Below, in pieces: positions 8,670-16,853 of a stretch of 64,000 nucleotides of DNA. Both the position numbers and the translations under genes were made by a program. Numbering within the stretch: position 1 is the first letter of the stretch; each line of letters opens with the position of its first letter. The notes under the pieces are model-generated. The model saw only the letters and a program-made list of their open reading frames with translations, did not search any database and was not told where the DNA came from. The DNA comes from an uncultured Alphaproteobacteria bacterium (GTDB lineage: Bacteria; Pseudomonadota; Alphaproteobacteria; Rhizobiales; Afifellaceae). Location of the stretch: positions 33,546 to 97,545 of the forward strand of contig CAVQJW010000023.1 of the NCBI GenBank assembly GCA_963712925.1, written 5' to 3'.

Positions 8670-9305
8670 TCACTGCCGCGCAACGTCCGTGCCGCCTGGC
8701 GAAAGCCCGGCGGAGAGCAGCTTCGGATCCTCCACCAGATAGAATTCCGGCACCGGCGTCGGGTCGGTGATCGTCATCCACAGGCGCGCGGCCGCGCCGG
8801 GATCGACATGGCCGTTTGAGAATTCGATGATGTCGTAGGGCTCAAACAACCGCTCGTTGTTCAGGAACGCGTCGGAGCCGACATCTCCCGACAGCGCGTC
8901 GAACTGCTTGAAGGAAAGCCCGTCGCCATAGACGCTCGGTTTCCTGAGCTGCTCCTGCAGCTCAAGCTCGAAGCCGGCCCAGACGCGCTTCGAGCGGTTG
9001 ACGATCTCCTTCACCAGCGAGAGCGAGACATGCGCCGACATTTCATCGCCGCTTTGCAGCGCGCGATTGCGGATCACCAGCGTCGACGCCGCGACGTCGT
9101 CGAACTCCTCGACCAGCACCACCGGATCGTCCGCGGTCCCGGTTCCCGTCGCCGAAAGCAGCTTGAAGCCCCCGAGTTCGTCGGAGAAGGAGTAGATGCC
9201 GGCGGAGAATTCCGCCGCACCGCCGGGCCGCGCGCCCAAGAGCGCGGCCAGCACGGCAAGGCCGCAGAGGACAGGCGGACGAGGGGCGGAGCGCGCCTTG
9301 GGCAT
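8670..9305 (-). CDS. secreted hypothetical protein
   Basis: 211 aa. N-terminal signal peptide (..LAVLAALLGARPGGAAEF). No recognisable domain. Confidence 0.55.
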   Translation of the reverse strand: MPKARSAPRPPVLCGLAVLAALLGARPGGAAEFSAGIYSFSDELGGFKLLSATGTGTADDPVVLVEEFDDVAASTLVIRNRALQSGDEMSAHVSLSLVKEIVNRSKRVWAGFELELQEQLRKPSVYGDGLSFKQFDALSGDVGSDAFLNNERLFEPYDIIEFSNGHVDPGAAARLWMTITDPTPVPEFYLVEDPKLLSAGLSPGGTDVARQ

Positions 9306-9362
9306 TCCTCACCTTTCGGGTGAGCCTGCCCGAGGCATCGCCGCGAGACAAGCGAGCGGCGG

Positions 9363-9833
9363 TCAGCTCTTGCGCGACTGCACCGGATAGGGCGTGCCGT
9401 CACGATGCACATAGGCGTCGCCCGCGGTCTTCATGTCGATGTCGGAATAGAAGGCCGCGTCGGCTTCGATCCGCGAGCCGACCTCGAGGATCAGTGCGTC
9501 CCTGCCGGAGCGGTTCTGCAGACAATGGCCGTCGCCGTCATTGGCCTTGAAGCCGGCACTGTCGCCGGCGCGGAGAATCTCCTCGCCGGAATCGGTGACG
9601 AGCACCACCTCGCCTTCGACGACATAGACGAACTCGTCCTCATGCGTGTGCCAGTGGCGCTGGCTTGACCAGGCGCCCGCCGGCAGCCGGCAGAGGTTGA
9701 CGCCGAACTGCGTGAGCCCGGCGGCGTCGCCGAGCCTGATGCGCCGCCGCGCCCGGCATGGCTCGTCGAAAGGCGGCGGATAGAGCGTGCCGCCCACCGT
9801 CGGCGCTTTCGCCAAGTCGATCTTCTTCGCCAT
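9363..9833 (-). CDS. cupin domain protein
   Basis: ATG at 9833 (MAKKIDLAK..). Cupin motifs SQRHWHTHEDEFVYVVEGEV and GDSAGFKANDGDGHCLQN. The start lies 11 nt downstream of the preceding decarboxylase stop. Confidence 0.8.
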   Translation of the reverse strand: MAKKIDLAKAPTVGGTLYPPPFDEPCRARRRIRLGDAAGLTQFGVNLCRLPAGAWSSQRHWHTHEDEFVYVVEGEVVLVTDSGEEILRAGDSAGFKANDGDGHCLQNRSGRDALILEVGSRIEADAAFYSDIDMKTAGDAYVHRDGTPYPVQSRKS

Positions 9834-9843
9834 CGCTTTGCTC

Positions 9844-10986
9844 CTAATCCGCCATCGTCTCGATCGCCGCGAAGGCCTCAGCGCCCTTCTCTTCCTCAAA
9901 CGGCGTCGCCACCTCTACGAAGGTGTCCGGATAAAAGCCGTTGAAGTGCGTGCGAAGCCCGAGGCTGTAGGCACCGATATGGCCGATCTCCACCCAGTCG
10001 CCGGTGTCGACCGTCTCCGGCAGCCAGAACGGCCGCGACAGGATGTCGACGGAATCGCAGGTGGCGCCGAAGACGCGGAACGGCGCGAGCTTCTCCGGGT
10101 TGCCGCTGCGGCGCTTGCGCGCGCGATCGTGGATCAGCCGCGCCGGCAGCGTGATCCTGCCGGTCCAGGAATCCGACAGCGAGCCCCAGATGCCGTCATT
10201 GATGTAGAGGCGCTTCCCCTTCTTCAGAAGCACGCGCACGATGACGGAGAGCGAACGCGCGACGATGACGCGGCCGGGCTCGGCGATCAGCGGCAGGTCG
10301 GAAAAACCCCATTCCTCGATGTGTTTTCGAAGCTCCGCCATCAGCTCGGCGAAGCCGGGCATCGGCTTTTTCGGGCGGCGCGGGTCATGGCCGTAGACGG
10401 CGGGAAAACCGCCGCCGACATCGAGCCCGGCAAGCGGCACACCGGCGCGTGCTCTGACCCAGTCGGCGGAGCCAAGCGCCCGCTCGTAGAGCCCCGGATC
10501 CTCGATCTGGCTCCCGACATGGAAGCAGAGGCCGGCGCGAAAGCCGATCCGGTCGATGCGCTGCAGCAACTCCACCGCGTGTGACGGCGCCGCGCCGAAT
10601 TTCCGCGACAGCTCATAGGCGGCCGAGCCGCGCGTCCTGAGCCTGACGAAGATCGTGATGTCGGCCGGGTCGAGGTCGAGCGCGCGGACGATTCTGAGCA
10701 GCTTCGCGATCTCATCCTCGTGGTCGAGCGAAAGCACGCGGATGCCGAACCGTTCGAGCGCGAGCCGGATATCGGACTGCGCCTTGACCGGATGCATATA
10801 GAGAAGCTCGGCCTTGGGCGAGACGGAGCGCACCGCCTGAAACTCGCCGGGGCTCGCGACGTCGAATGCGCTGATGCCGGCTTCGGCGAGCGCGCGCAGA
10901 ATGAAGGGCTCGCCGTTGGTCTTCACCGCATAGGCGGTCTTGCCGGGAAAAGCGCGCATGAAGGCGCGCGCGTCGTCCGCGAGCAC
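9844..10986 (-). CDS. fold-type III PLP-dependent decarboxylase (ornithine/lysine decarboxylase-like paralogue)
   Basis: Motifs AYAVKTNGEP, DVGGGFP, IAEPGRVIV, GATCDSVDIL. Conserved-looking N-terminal sequence (..IDRFETGHEAALALRPDQPVYCFRPS) continues in frame upstream of the GTG at 10986, up to a TAA near 11096. Confidence 0.85.
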   Translation of the reverse strand: MLADDARAFMRAFPGKTAYAVKTNGEPFILRALAEAGISAFDVASPGEFQAVRSVSPKAELLYMHPVKAQSDIRLALERFGIRVLSLDHEDEIAKLLRIVRALDLDPADITIFVRLRTRGSAAYELSRKFGAAPSHAVELLQRIDRIGFRAGLCFHVGSQIEDPGLYERALGSADWVRARAGVPLAGLDVGGGFPAVYGHDPRRPKKPMPGFAELMAELRKHIEEWGFSDLPLIAEPGRVIVARSLSVIVRVLLKKGKRLYINDGIWGSLSDSWTGRITLPARLIHDRARKRRSGNPEKLAPFRVFGATCDSVDILSRPFWLPETVDTGDWVEIGHIGAYSLGLRTHFNGFYPDTFVEVATPFEEEKGAEAFAAIETMAD

Positions 10987-11498
10987 CGACGGACGAAAGC
11001 AATAGACCGGCTGATCCGGCCGAAGCGCGAGCGCTGCCTCGTGCCCTGTTTCGAATCGATCGATTGCCGCACTCCCGGTTTCTGATTCCGCGTCTTAGAG
11101 GCTATTACGGCCCAATTGAAGGAAATGTGGCGGCGTTCGGCTGCACGCAATTGCGCAGAGACCAGCGCATTGCGAGACGCGGCGCGTTCAAAACGGCAGG
11201 CCGCGCAACAACAAGGGCGGGAGATATGGAGCCAATCTACTACCACTGCGGACACCGCCGGCGGCGCTTCGGCAGGCTCGAAGACCGCCTCAATGGCGCG
11301 ACCCTATCGAAAAATCCTCATCCTGTGGATTATCCAACGATGCAATATATCATGGTTAAATAATTGACGACGCTAGATAAAGTTCAAATCGATGTTTCCT
11401 GCGGGCTTGCACATTCCGCAATGCATCACAGATTTCCTGTTCTGAACGCGCCGTTTCGGCGTTAAGATGCGTCCCGTGAAGCAGAGGGAGGCCACCCA

Positions 11499-11582
11499 AT
11501 GACCTTCATCAAGCCTCTGAACGTCGTCGCCGTCTGCGCGGCCTTCATCTTTCTTGGAGCTATTCTGTTCGGCGTGCTCTGA
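11499..11582 (+). CDS. possible 27-aa hydrophobic micro-protein
   Basis: A GAGGGAGG Shine-Dalgarno at 11484-11491 lies 7 nt before the ATG. The peptide MTFIKPLNVVAVCAAFIFLGAILFGVL forms a single TM helix. It is below the ORF-track length cut-off. Confidence 0.3.
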   Translation: MTFIKPLNVVAVCAAFIFLGAILFGVL

Positions 11583-11675
11583 CACCACGGGCCTAATCGC
11601 CGCCGGCTCCTCGTAGCCGGAGCGCAGCTGGACCGGCGGCGACCTCATCTCTTCCGTAAGAATCTCGGCGTAGCG

Positions 11676-12578
11676 CTACGCGGCGCAGGCGGAAGTGTCT
11701 GCCGTCTCGGACTGGATGCCCAGATCGCGGCAGACGACTTCCGTCAGTTCGGCGCGGTTCAGCGTGTAGATGTGGAAGGCATCGACGCCCCGCGCGACAA
11801 GATCGGATATCTGTTCCACGCAGACCGCTCGCGCGATCTCCGCATGGACCTTGGAGTCAGGCTCGACGCCCTCGAAGCGGCGCACGAGGCTTTCAGGAAT
11901 GCCCGCGCCGCAGCGCTCGGCAAAAGCCCGTACCGACGGGAAGCGATGGATCGGCATGATCCCCGGAACGATCGGCACGGCGATACCGGCGCGCCGCACG
12001 CGATTGAGATAGGTCTCGTATGAATCGTTGTCGAAGAAGAACTGCGTGATGGCACGGTCGGCGCCGGCATCGACCTTGCGCTTCAAGACCGCGATCTCCG
12101 TCTCCCAGTCGGGGCTTTGCGGATGGCGCTCCGGATAGGCGGAGACCGAAACCTCAGCCGCCCCTCCCCGCTTCAAAGCGTCGACCAGGTCGGCAGTGTT
12201 CCTGTAGCCCATCGGATGCGGACGGTAGGGCTCGGCGAGCCCCCCCGGCGGATCACCGCGCAGCGCAACGAAGTGCTCGACGCCGATTTCGTGGAAACGG
12301 CCGAGCGTGTCGCGCAGCAATTCGATGCTCGCGCCGGCGCAGGTCACATGCGCGGCGGTGGCGAGCCCGCGAGAGAGCATCGCGCGCACCGTTCCGAAGG
12401 AGCGCTCCTGCGACGTGCCGCCTGCGCCGTAGGTGACGGAGACATAGCGCGGGCGAAAGCGGGAAAGCCGCGCGACGGCGTCGTCAAGCATCTCCGCCTG
12501 CGCCTCGTTCTTGGGCGGAAAGAACTCGAACGAGACGGCGGGCGCCGCCTCCCTGCCGAGCGGGAGGGAGTGCGTCAT
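11676..12578 (-). CDS. metF: 5,10-methylenetetrahydrofolate reductase
   Basis: Contains VSFEFFPPKN.., YVSVTYGAGG, and HFVALRGDPP..YRNTADLV..ISVSAYPERHP. The ATG at 12578 overlaps the upstream stop (ATGA). Confidence 0.9.
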   Translation of the reverse strand: MTHSLPLGREAAPAVSFEFFPPKNEAQAEMLDDAVARLSRFRPRYVSVTYGAGGTSQERSFGTVRAMLSRGLATAAHVTCAGASIELLRDTLGRFHEIGVEHFVALRGDPPGGLAEPYRPHPMGYRNTADLVDALKRGGAAEVSVSAYPERHPQSPDWETEIAVLKRKVDAGADRAITQFFFDNDSYETYLNRVRRAGIAVPIVPGIMPIHRFPSVRAFAERCGAGIPESLVRRFEGVEPDSKVHAEIARAVCVEQISDLVARGVDAFHIYTLNRAELTEVVCRDLGIQSETADTSACAA

Positions 12579-13582
12579 AGCCCTGCCCCGGCTTGGCCAG
12601 CCACAACCTGGCCGCTGCCGGCAGCGGCCGCGCGGCGGTCGTGCGCCGTCCAGACGGTGACCGTCAGGCCATCGGACCCGGCATGCGGCGCAAGATCCTC
12701 CGCGGCGTCGAGTGCAAGTCCCGCGGCGGCGATCCATTGCTTCATCTGCTGGTGGCTGAAGCCGAGGCGGCGATGCGCGAGGCTGTCGCGCAGCGCCTCG
12801 TGCTCATGCGGCGCGAAGTCGACGACGATGAGCCGCCCGCCGGCCGCAAGTGCCGCCGCGGCTTCGGCAAGCGCCCGCCCCGGCTCGTCGAGAAAGTGCA
12901 GGACCTGATGGATGACGACGAGATCGAAGCTGTCGCGCACCACCGGCAGGTTCATGATGTCGCCGAGCTTGACGCGGGCATTGTCGACACCGGCGCGTTC
13001 GAGATTGGCGCGTGCGACGCCGAGCATCGCCGGCGAGAGGTCGACGCCGAGCGCGCGCTCCGCCCGGCCGGCGAAAAGCTCCAGCATGCGCCCGGTGCCG
13101 GTGCCGATGTCGAGCATGGCGCGGAAAGGGCCCACGCCCGCGCGCTCAAGCATCGCCGCCTCGACCTCACGCTCCGGCACATGCAGCGAGCGGATGGCGT
13201 CCCAGCGGCTCGCATGCTCGGCGAAATAGCGCTCGGCCGCCTCGCGGTTCTGCTGCTGCAGCGTCTGCAGGCGGCGCCTGTCGTGTTTCAGCAGCGGATC
13301 GCCGAGATCGACGCTGCCGACGATTTGCTGCACCACGGCGCGCCCGCCTTCTTCCTCGGAGAGCCGGTAATAGACCCACGAGCCCTCGGGGCTCCGCGCG
13401 ACCAACCCGGCCTCGGCGAGCACCTTCAGATGGCGGGAGATGCGCGGCTGCGACTGGCCCAGAATTTCGGTCAGGTCCTTCACCGTGCGCTCGCCGCGCT
13501 GAAGCAGCACCAGGAGGCGGATGCGGGTCTCGTCGCCCGCTGCCTTCATCTGGTTGACGACAAGGTCGACCGACCGGCCCAT
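12575..13582 (-). CDS. ArsR/SmtB-family HTH fused to a class I SAM-dependent methyltransferase
   Basis: N-terminal wHTH (DETRIRLLVLLQRGERTVKDLTEILGQSQPRISRHLKVL). C-terminal SAM motif MLDIGTGTGRMLE. Translationally coupled to metF. Confidence 0.85.
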   Translation of the reverse strand: MGRSVDLVVNQMKAAGDETRIRLLVLLQRGERTVKDLTEILGQSQPRISRHLKVLAEAGLVARSPEGSWVYYRLSEEEGGRAVVQQIVGSVDLGDPLLKHDRRRLQTLQQQNREAAERYFAEHASRWDAIRSLHVPEREVEAAMLERAGVGPFRAMLDIGTGTGRMLELFAGRAERALGVDLSPAMLGVARANLERAGVDNARVKLGDIMNLPVVRDSFDLVVIHQVLHFLDEPGRALAEAAAALAAGGRLIVVDFAPHEHEALRDSLAHRRLGFSHQQMKQWIAAAGLALDAAEDLAPHAGSDGLTVTVWTAHDRRAAAAGSGQVVAGQAGAGL

Positions 13583-13597
13583 CCGCCACTCCCCAAG

Positions 13598-13625
13598 AAC
13601 GATATGCGTATATCTTTATATCGTT
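13598..13625. promoter_or_regulatory. inverted repeat AACGATAT-N12-ATATCGTT upstream of the ArsR/MTase-metF operon (candidate operator)
   Basis: 8-bp perfect arms lie at 13598-13605 and 13618-13625. This is an AT-rich island 16 nt upstream of the start at 13582. Confidence 0.35.
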
Positions 13626-13698
13626 ACGCGCAGGCGTCAAGGCTATCGGAGCGACACGCCAGTTGCTCCCCTGGCCAAGCAACGAGGAACCAGCGCAG

Positions 13699-14421
13699 CT
13701 AGGCCGGCTCGGAGAGTTCGGCCCGTGGGTGGTCGCGGTCGAGAAAGGTCACGGCATGGCGGCCGCCGCAGGCCGCGCTCAGAAGCGTAACGAGCTCTTC
13801 AGCGGCGGCCGAAACATCCCCGACACCGTTACCTTGCAGGGTAACGATCGCGCGCCGCGTCGTTTCGCCAATCGCCGAACGCGCATCCTGCCGCCAGTTC
13901 CAGCGCCGGCAGAGCACCTTCTCCTGATCGGCATAGACGACCTCGCCCGGCTTCGGCGGATCGGCGAGCGGCGCGCCGCTTGCGTCAAGCGCACCCATGT
14001 CGCGAAAATCGTCGCCGACGCGCGAAAAGCGGAACGCAAGATCGCCGGCGACGCGGTCGAGATCGTCGGCGCCGGCTGGAAGCACGTGCTTGAGCGACAC
14101 GGCGTTATAGGCGTCGACGAAGCCGTTGATCTCAGGCAGCGCCGATCCGGCGAGCACGTTCTTGACCAGCCGCTCGACCGATGAGCGGTAGCTCGTCTTC
14201 TTGATGCCGAAGGCGCGATAGGCGCGCCGCCAGGCGGCAACGCCGGGAATTGCCGATAGCTCCATCCCGGCGAAACGCGCCCGCGTCTCCGCCTCTGCCG
14301 TTGCGATGAAAGCCTGAAGCGCCGCCGGCCGCGAGGTCGGAACGTCAAGGTCGGAGGCAATCACGACCGCGACGGAAAAATCGGGGAAGCCCGGCGCGAT
14401 CTCGGAGATGTCGAAGCGCAC
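13699..14421 (-). CDS. B3/B4 tRNA-binding domain-containing protein
   Basis: Contains YRSSVERLVKNVLAGSALPEINGFVDAYNAVSL..GADDLD..GEVVYADQEKVLCRRWNWRQ. I preferred the start at GTG 14421 (ORF 13699-14460). Confidence 0.7.
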   Translation of the reverse strand: MRFDISEIAPGFPDFSVAVVIASDLDVPTSRPAALQAFIATAEAETRARFAGMELSAIPGVAAWRRAYRAFGIKKTSYRSSVERLVKNVLAGSALPEINGFVDAYNAVSLKHVLPAGADDLDRVAGDLAFRFSRVGDDFRDMGALDASGAPLADPPKPGEVVYADQEKVLCRRWNWRQDARSAIGETTRRAIVTLQGNGVGDVSAAAEELVTLLSAACGGRHAVTFLDRDHPRAELSEPA

Positions 14422-14468
14422 GTCGGATTGCTCATCGCCGATCCTGGCGTGCCGGCGCAAGTCGCGTT

Positions 14469-14990
14469 ATGCGGAGCGCCATGACGATGACCGCTCCTCC
14501 TAAGGCTGAACGCCCCGGCGAGATCCGCGCCGATCGGGACCCCGCGACAATGCCGAGCGATGCCGGGCTCGTCTTCATCGGCCGTGCGGAGACGCCGTGG
14601 CAAAGCCGCGACGACTGCCCGAAGAACTTGCGCGAGGCGCGAACACGTGGCGGCACGGCTGCGCTTACGATCGACCCGCCCTGGCGGGGCGGGCTCCGCG
14701 ACCTCAAGCCCGGCGACGCGGTGATCGTGCTCACCTGGATGGACCGGGCGCGACGCGACCTCCTGATCCAGGCGCCGCGCCATCGCGAGGGGACGGCCGG
14801 CGTCTTCTCGCTCCGCTCGCCGGTCCGGCCGAATCCGATCGCGCTGCAGATCGTGCGGCTCCTCGCCATCGACGCCGAGGCGGGACGGCTTGAGGTCGAC
14901 GCGCTCGACTGCCTCGACCAGACGCCAGTGCTCGACATCAAGCCGTGGCGCGCCGGCATAGACGTGCCGCCGGAAGCGGCCGGCGGTTAG
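14469..14990 (+). CDS. trmO: tRNA (N6-threonylcarbamoyladenosine(37)-N6)-methyltransferase TrmO (TsaA/YaeB family)
   Basis: Contains IGRAETPW...CPKN, FSLRSPVRPNPIAL and LDCLDQTPVLDIKPW. Confidence 0.8.
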   Translation: MRSAMTMTAPPKAERPGEIRADRDPATMPSDAGLVFIGRAETPWQSRDDCPKNLREARTRGGTAALTIDPPWRGGLRDLKPGDAVIVLTWMDRARRDLLIQAPRHREGTAGVFSLRSPVRPNPIALQIVRLLAIDAEAGRLEVDALDCLDQTPVLDIKPWRAGIDVPPEAAGG

Positions 14991-15122
14991 AACCGGCGTT
15001 CCCGCGTTAACCTTCGATTAACGACTTCCCTGGACATGCTGAGTGCATGGGGAGGAAAAGTGACAATTCGTGAAGCTCTCGCAGAGCCGGGCCCGACTCA
15101 CCGAAGAAGGATCGGAAAATCG

Positions 15123-15482
15123 ATGGCCGCACAATCCGCTCAAGACGCGAAGCGCTTCGACCCGATCCATCAGCTCGAAGACGACCTGAAACGCGTCGGC
15201 ATCGACCCCGAGCGTTTTCCGAAAACCCTCAAGCTCATCACGGCCGGTGTGCCGCAGCAGGCCAAGAAGATCGTCGAGGAAGCGGCCGAGCTCGCGATCG
15301 AGGCGATGCGCTGTGATCGCGACGCGGCGGTGCAGGAAGCTGCCGACCTCGTCTACAACCTCGTCGTCCTGCTCGAAGGGATGAGCATCCGCTTCGACGA
15401 CGTCTGCAGCGAGCTTGAGCGGCGGCGTGGGCTCTACGGGATTGCCGCGCGCCAGCAGAAGAACGGCACCCAGTCCGCCTGA
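15123..15482 (+). CDS. hisE: phosphoribosyl-ATP pyrophosphohydrolase-like (HisE/MazG-type)
   Basis: Contains AKKIVEEAAELAIEA...VQEAADLVYNLVVLLEGMSIRFDDVCSELERRR. ATG at 15123 within ORF 15036-15482. Confidence 0.6.
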   Translation: MAAQSAQDAKRFDPIHQLEDDLKRVGIDPERFPKTLKLITAGVPQQAKKIVEEAAELAIEAMRCDRDAAVQEAADLVYNLVVLLEGMSIRFDDVCSELERRRGLYGIAARQQKNGTQSA

Positions 15483-15804
15483 GGATGAGGCCTGCGATGC
15501 GCCAGCGCCGGCGCCCCTGCGAAAAAGATTAAGGCGAGAACACTTCAATTCTGCCGCAAGCGTGTTCAACCGGCGGCAGGCAAAGCGCGTCCCCGTTCTC
15601 GGTGAACCAATCGTTGCTGGCAACGGTTCCGGCAAAGGCGCGGATTTCCGCGCGCAGGCCCTGCAATCCAGACGAATTGTTGCGTTCACTGTTGGATCGA
15701 CGAAACAATTGAGCAACCGCGAAACCATTTTGCGCCTCGCGCGTAAGAATGCCGAAGCGTTGAGACCTTATCTATCCAAGCAATGGCCCCATAAAACAGG
15801 CCTC

Positions 15805-16227
15805 ATGGAGCGTCAGATGCTTACCGACTCAAGAAAGATCGCGCAGAAGGCACTTGCCGCGTTGGTCGTGGCGGTCGGTGTCGCTGGAATTGTCGGCACC
15901 GCCGGCGCCGCTGAGCGCAGCGCCGTCGCCGTCGCGGCCTATGCCGGAGCGCGCGTCGACACCGTCTTCGATCTCGTTGCCGACCTGCCGGTCGTCGCCG
16001 AAGTGATGGTGCCGCTCGCGGCCAAGGGCGACCTGCCGGTTCCGGTCGGCTGCATGGGCATGTCGGGCGACGCGCAGGATGAGTGCATGGACGTCGCCTA
16101 TGAGCTCGACTCCGCGCCGAGCCTCGTCGTGGCGACCCGTTCCGGCACCACAACGACGCTTGAGCGCATGGACCAGATGACCGTCGCCGGCGCCGGCACG
16201 GTGATTCAGGTTCCGCACAGCGAGTAG
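15805..16227 (+). CDS. hypothetical exported protein
   Basis: The tail of ORF 15415-16227 starts at ATG 15805 (MERQMLTDSRKIAQKALAALVVAVGVAGIVGTAGAAE..). Signal-like N-terminus. No known domain. Confidence 0.45.
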   Translation: MERQMLTDSRKIAQKALAALVVAVGVAGIVGTAGAAERSAVAVAAYAGARVDTVFDLVADLPVVAEVMVPLAAKGDLPVPVGCMGMSGDAQDECMDVAYELDSAPSLVVATRSGTTTTLERMDQMTVAGAGTVIQVPHSE

Positions 16228-16327
16228 GCGTTACGCGCCTTCAAAAGATTTCGACCGTTCGGCTAGTCGTCGCAGCGGTCCGGTGACGAACACCCGCCCC
16301 CCTCTCGTCCCGGACCGCCGCGGCGGC

Positions 16328-16364
16328 TTTCTGAAAAGAAACGGCTCCCCGCGGGGGAGCCGTT
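16328..16364 (-). terminator. rho-independent terminator between convergent genes (strong on the - strand, weaker on +)
   Basis: An 11-bp perfect stem aacggctcccc-gcg-ggggagccgtt lies at 16340-16364. On the - strand it is followed by tcttttcagaaa. Confidence 0.65.
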
Positions 16365-16398
16365 CGCTTTATCGGCCGTCGCGTTTCGCAGCGACGTC

Positions 16399-16719
16399 TC
16401 AGTCGCAGTAGATGTAGCCGTTCCAGGCTCGATAGCAGCCGCGCCGCGGATGATGGCGATGATGCTGCGGCGGGAGATAGAAGGGGAACGGGAAATAGAA
16501 CTGCGGGTAGAAGCCGTCGTGACGATGCCGGCGGCGGTGATGATGCCGCCAATCGTCGCCGCGGTCACGCCGGTGCCAGTCCCGCACCGGCTCGATTGCC
16601 GCAGACCCCGACGCATAGATCGGCGCTGCCGGCGGCGCTGCAACCGCCGGCGCTGTGGTCGCGGCACTCGACCCGACTGCCACCAGGAGCACCGTCAGTG
16701 AAATAAGTGCGCGTCGCAT
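16399..16719 (-). CDS. small secreted His/Arg-rich protein
   Basis: 106 aa. Signal peptide, then HRRDRGDDWRHHHRRRHRHDGFYPQFYFPFPFYLPPQHHRHHPRRGCYRAWNGYIYCD. Confidence 0.55.
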   Translation of the reverse strand: MRRALISLTVLLVAVGSSAATTAPAVAAPPAAPIYASGSAAIEPVRDWHRRDRGDDWRHHHRRRHRHDGFYPQFYFPFPFYLPPQHHRHHPRRGCYRAWNGYIYCD

Positions 16720-16853
16720 GTCGTCTCCATTCTGGTTTCAGCGCTTGCGCGCTTGAAACCCCCTCCAACCAGGAAACGCATGGGGCGGCCAAATCAGGTG
16801 CGTCCCGTGTTCATTTTTTTGCGAGGCCGCGGACCTGTGATTGAGTGCTGATC

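Noticed and set aside
11380-11500. SAM-II (metA-type) riboswitch near metF
   Set aside because: The region precedes only the 27-codon ORF, not a met gene on that strand. I could not identify the characteristic GAUUU...GCUU...AAAGCU pseudoknot elements.
16760-16835. Hairpin with G-U pairs followed by TTCATTTTTTT on the plus strand
   Set aside because: No plus-strand gene or convincing transcript ends here. It lies in the promoter region of the minus-strand His-rich gene and downstream of the minus-strand BP26 gene, and the T tract is on the wrong strand for that gene. It is probably just AT-rich promoter DNA.
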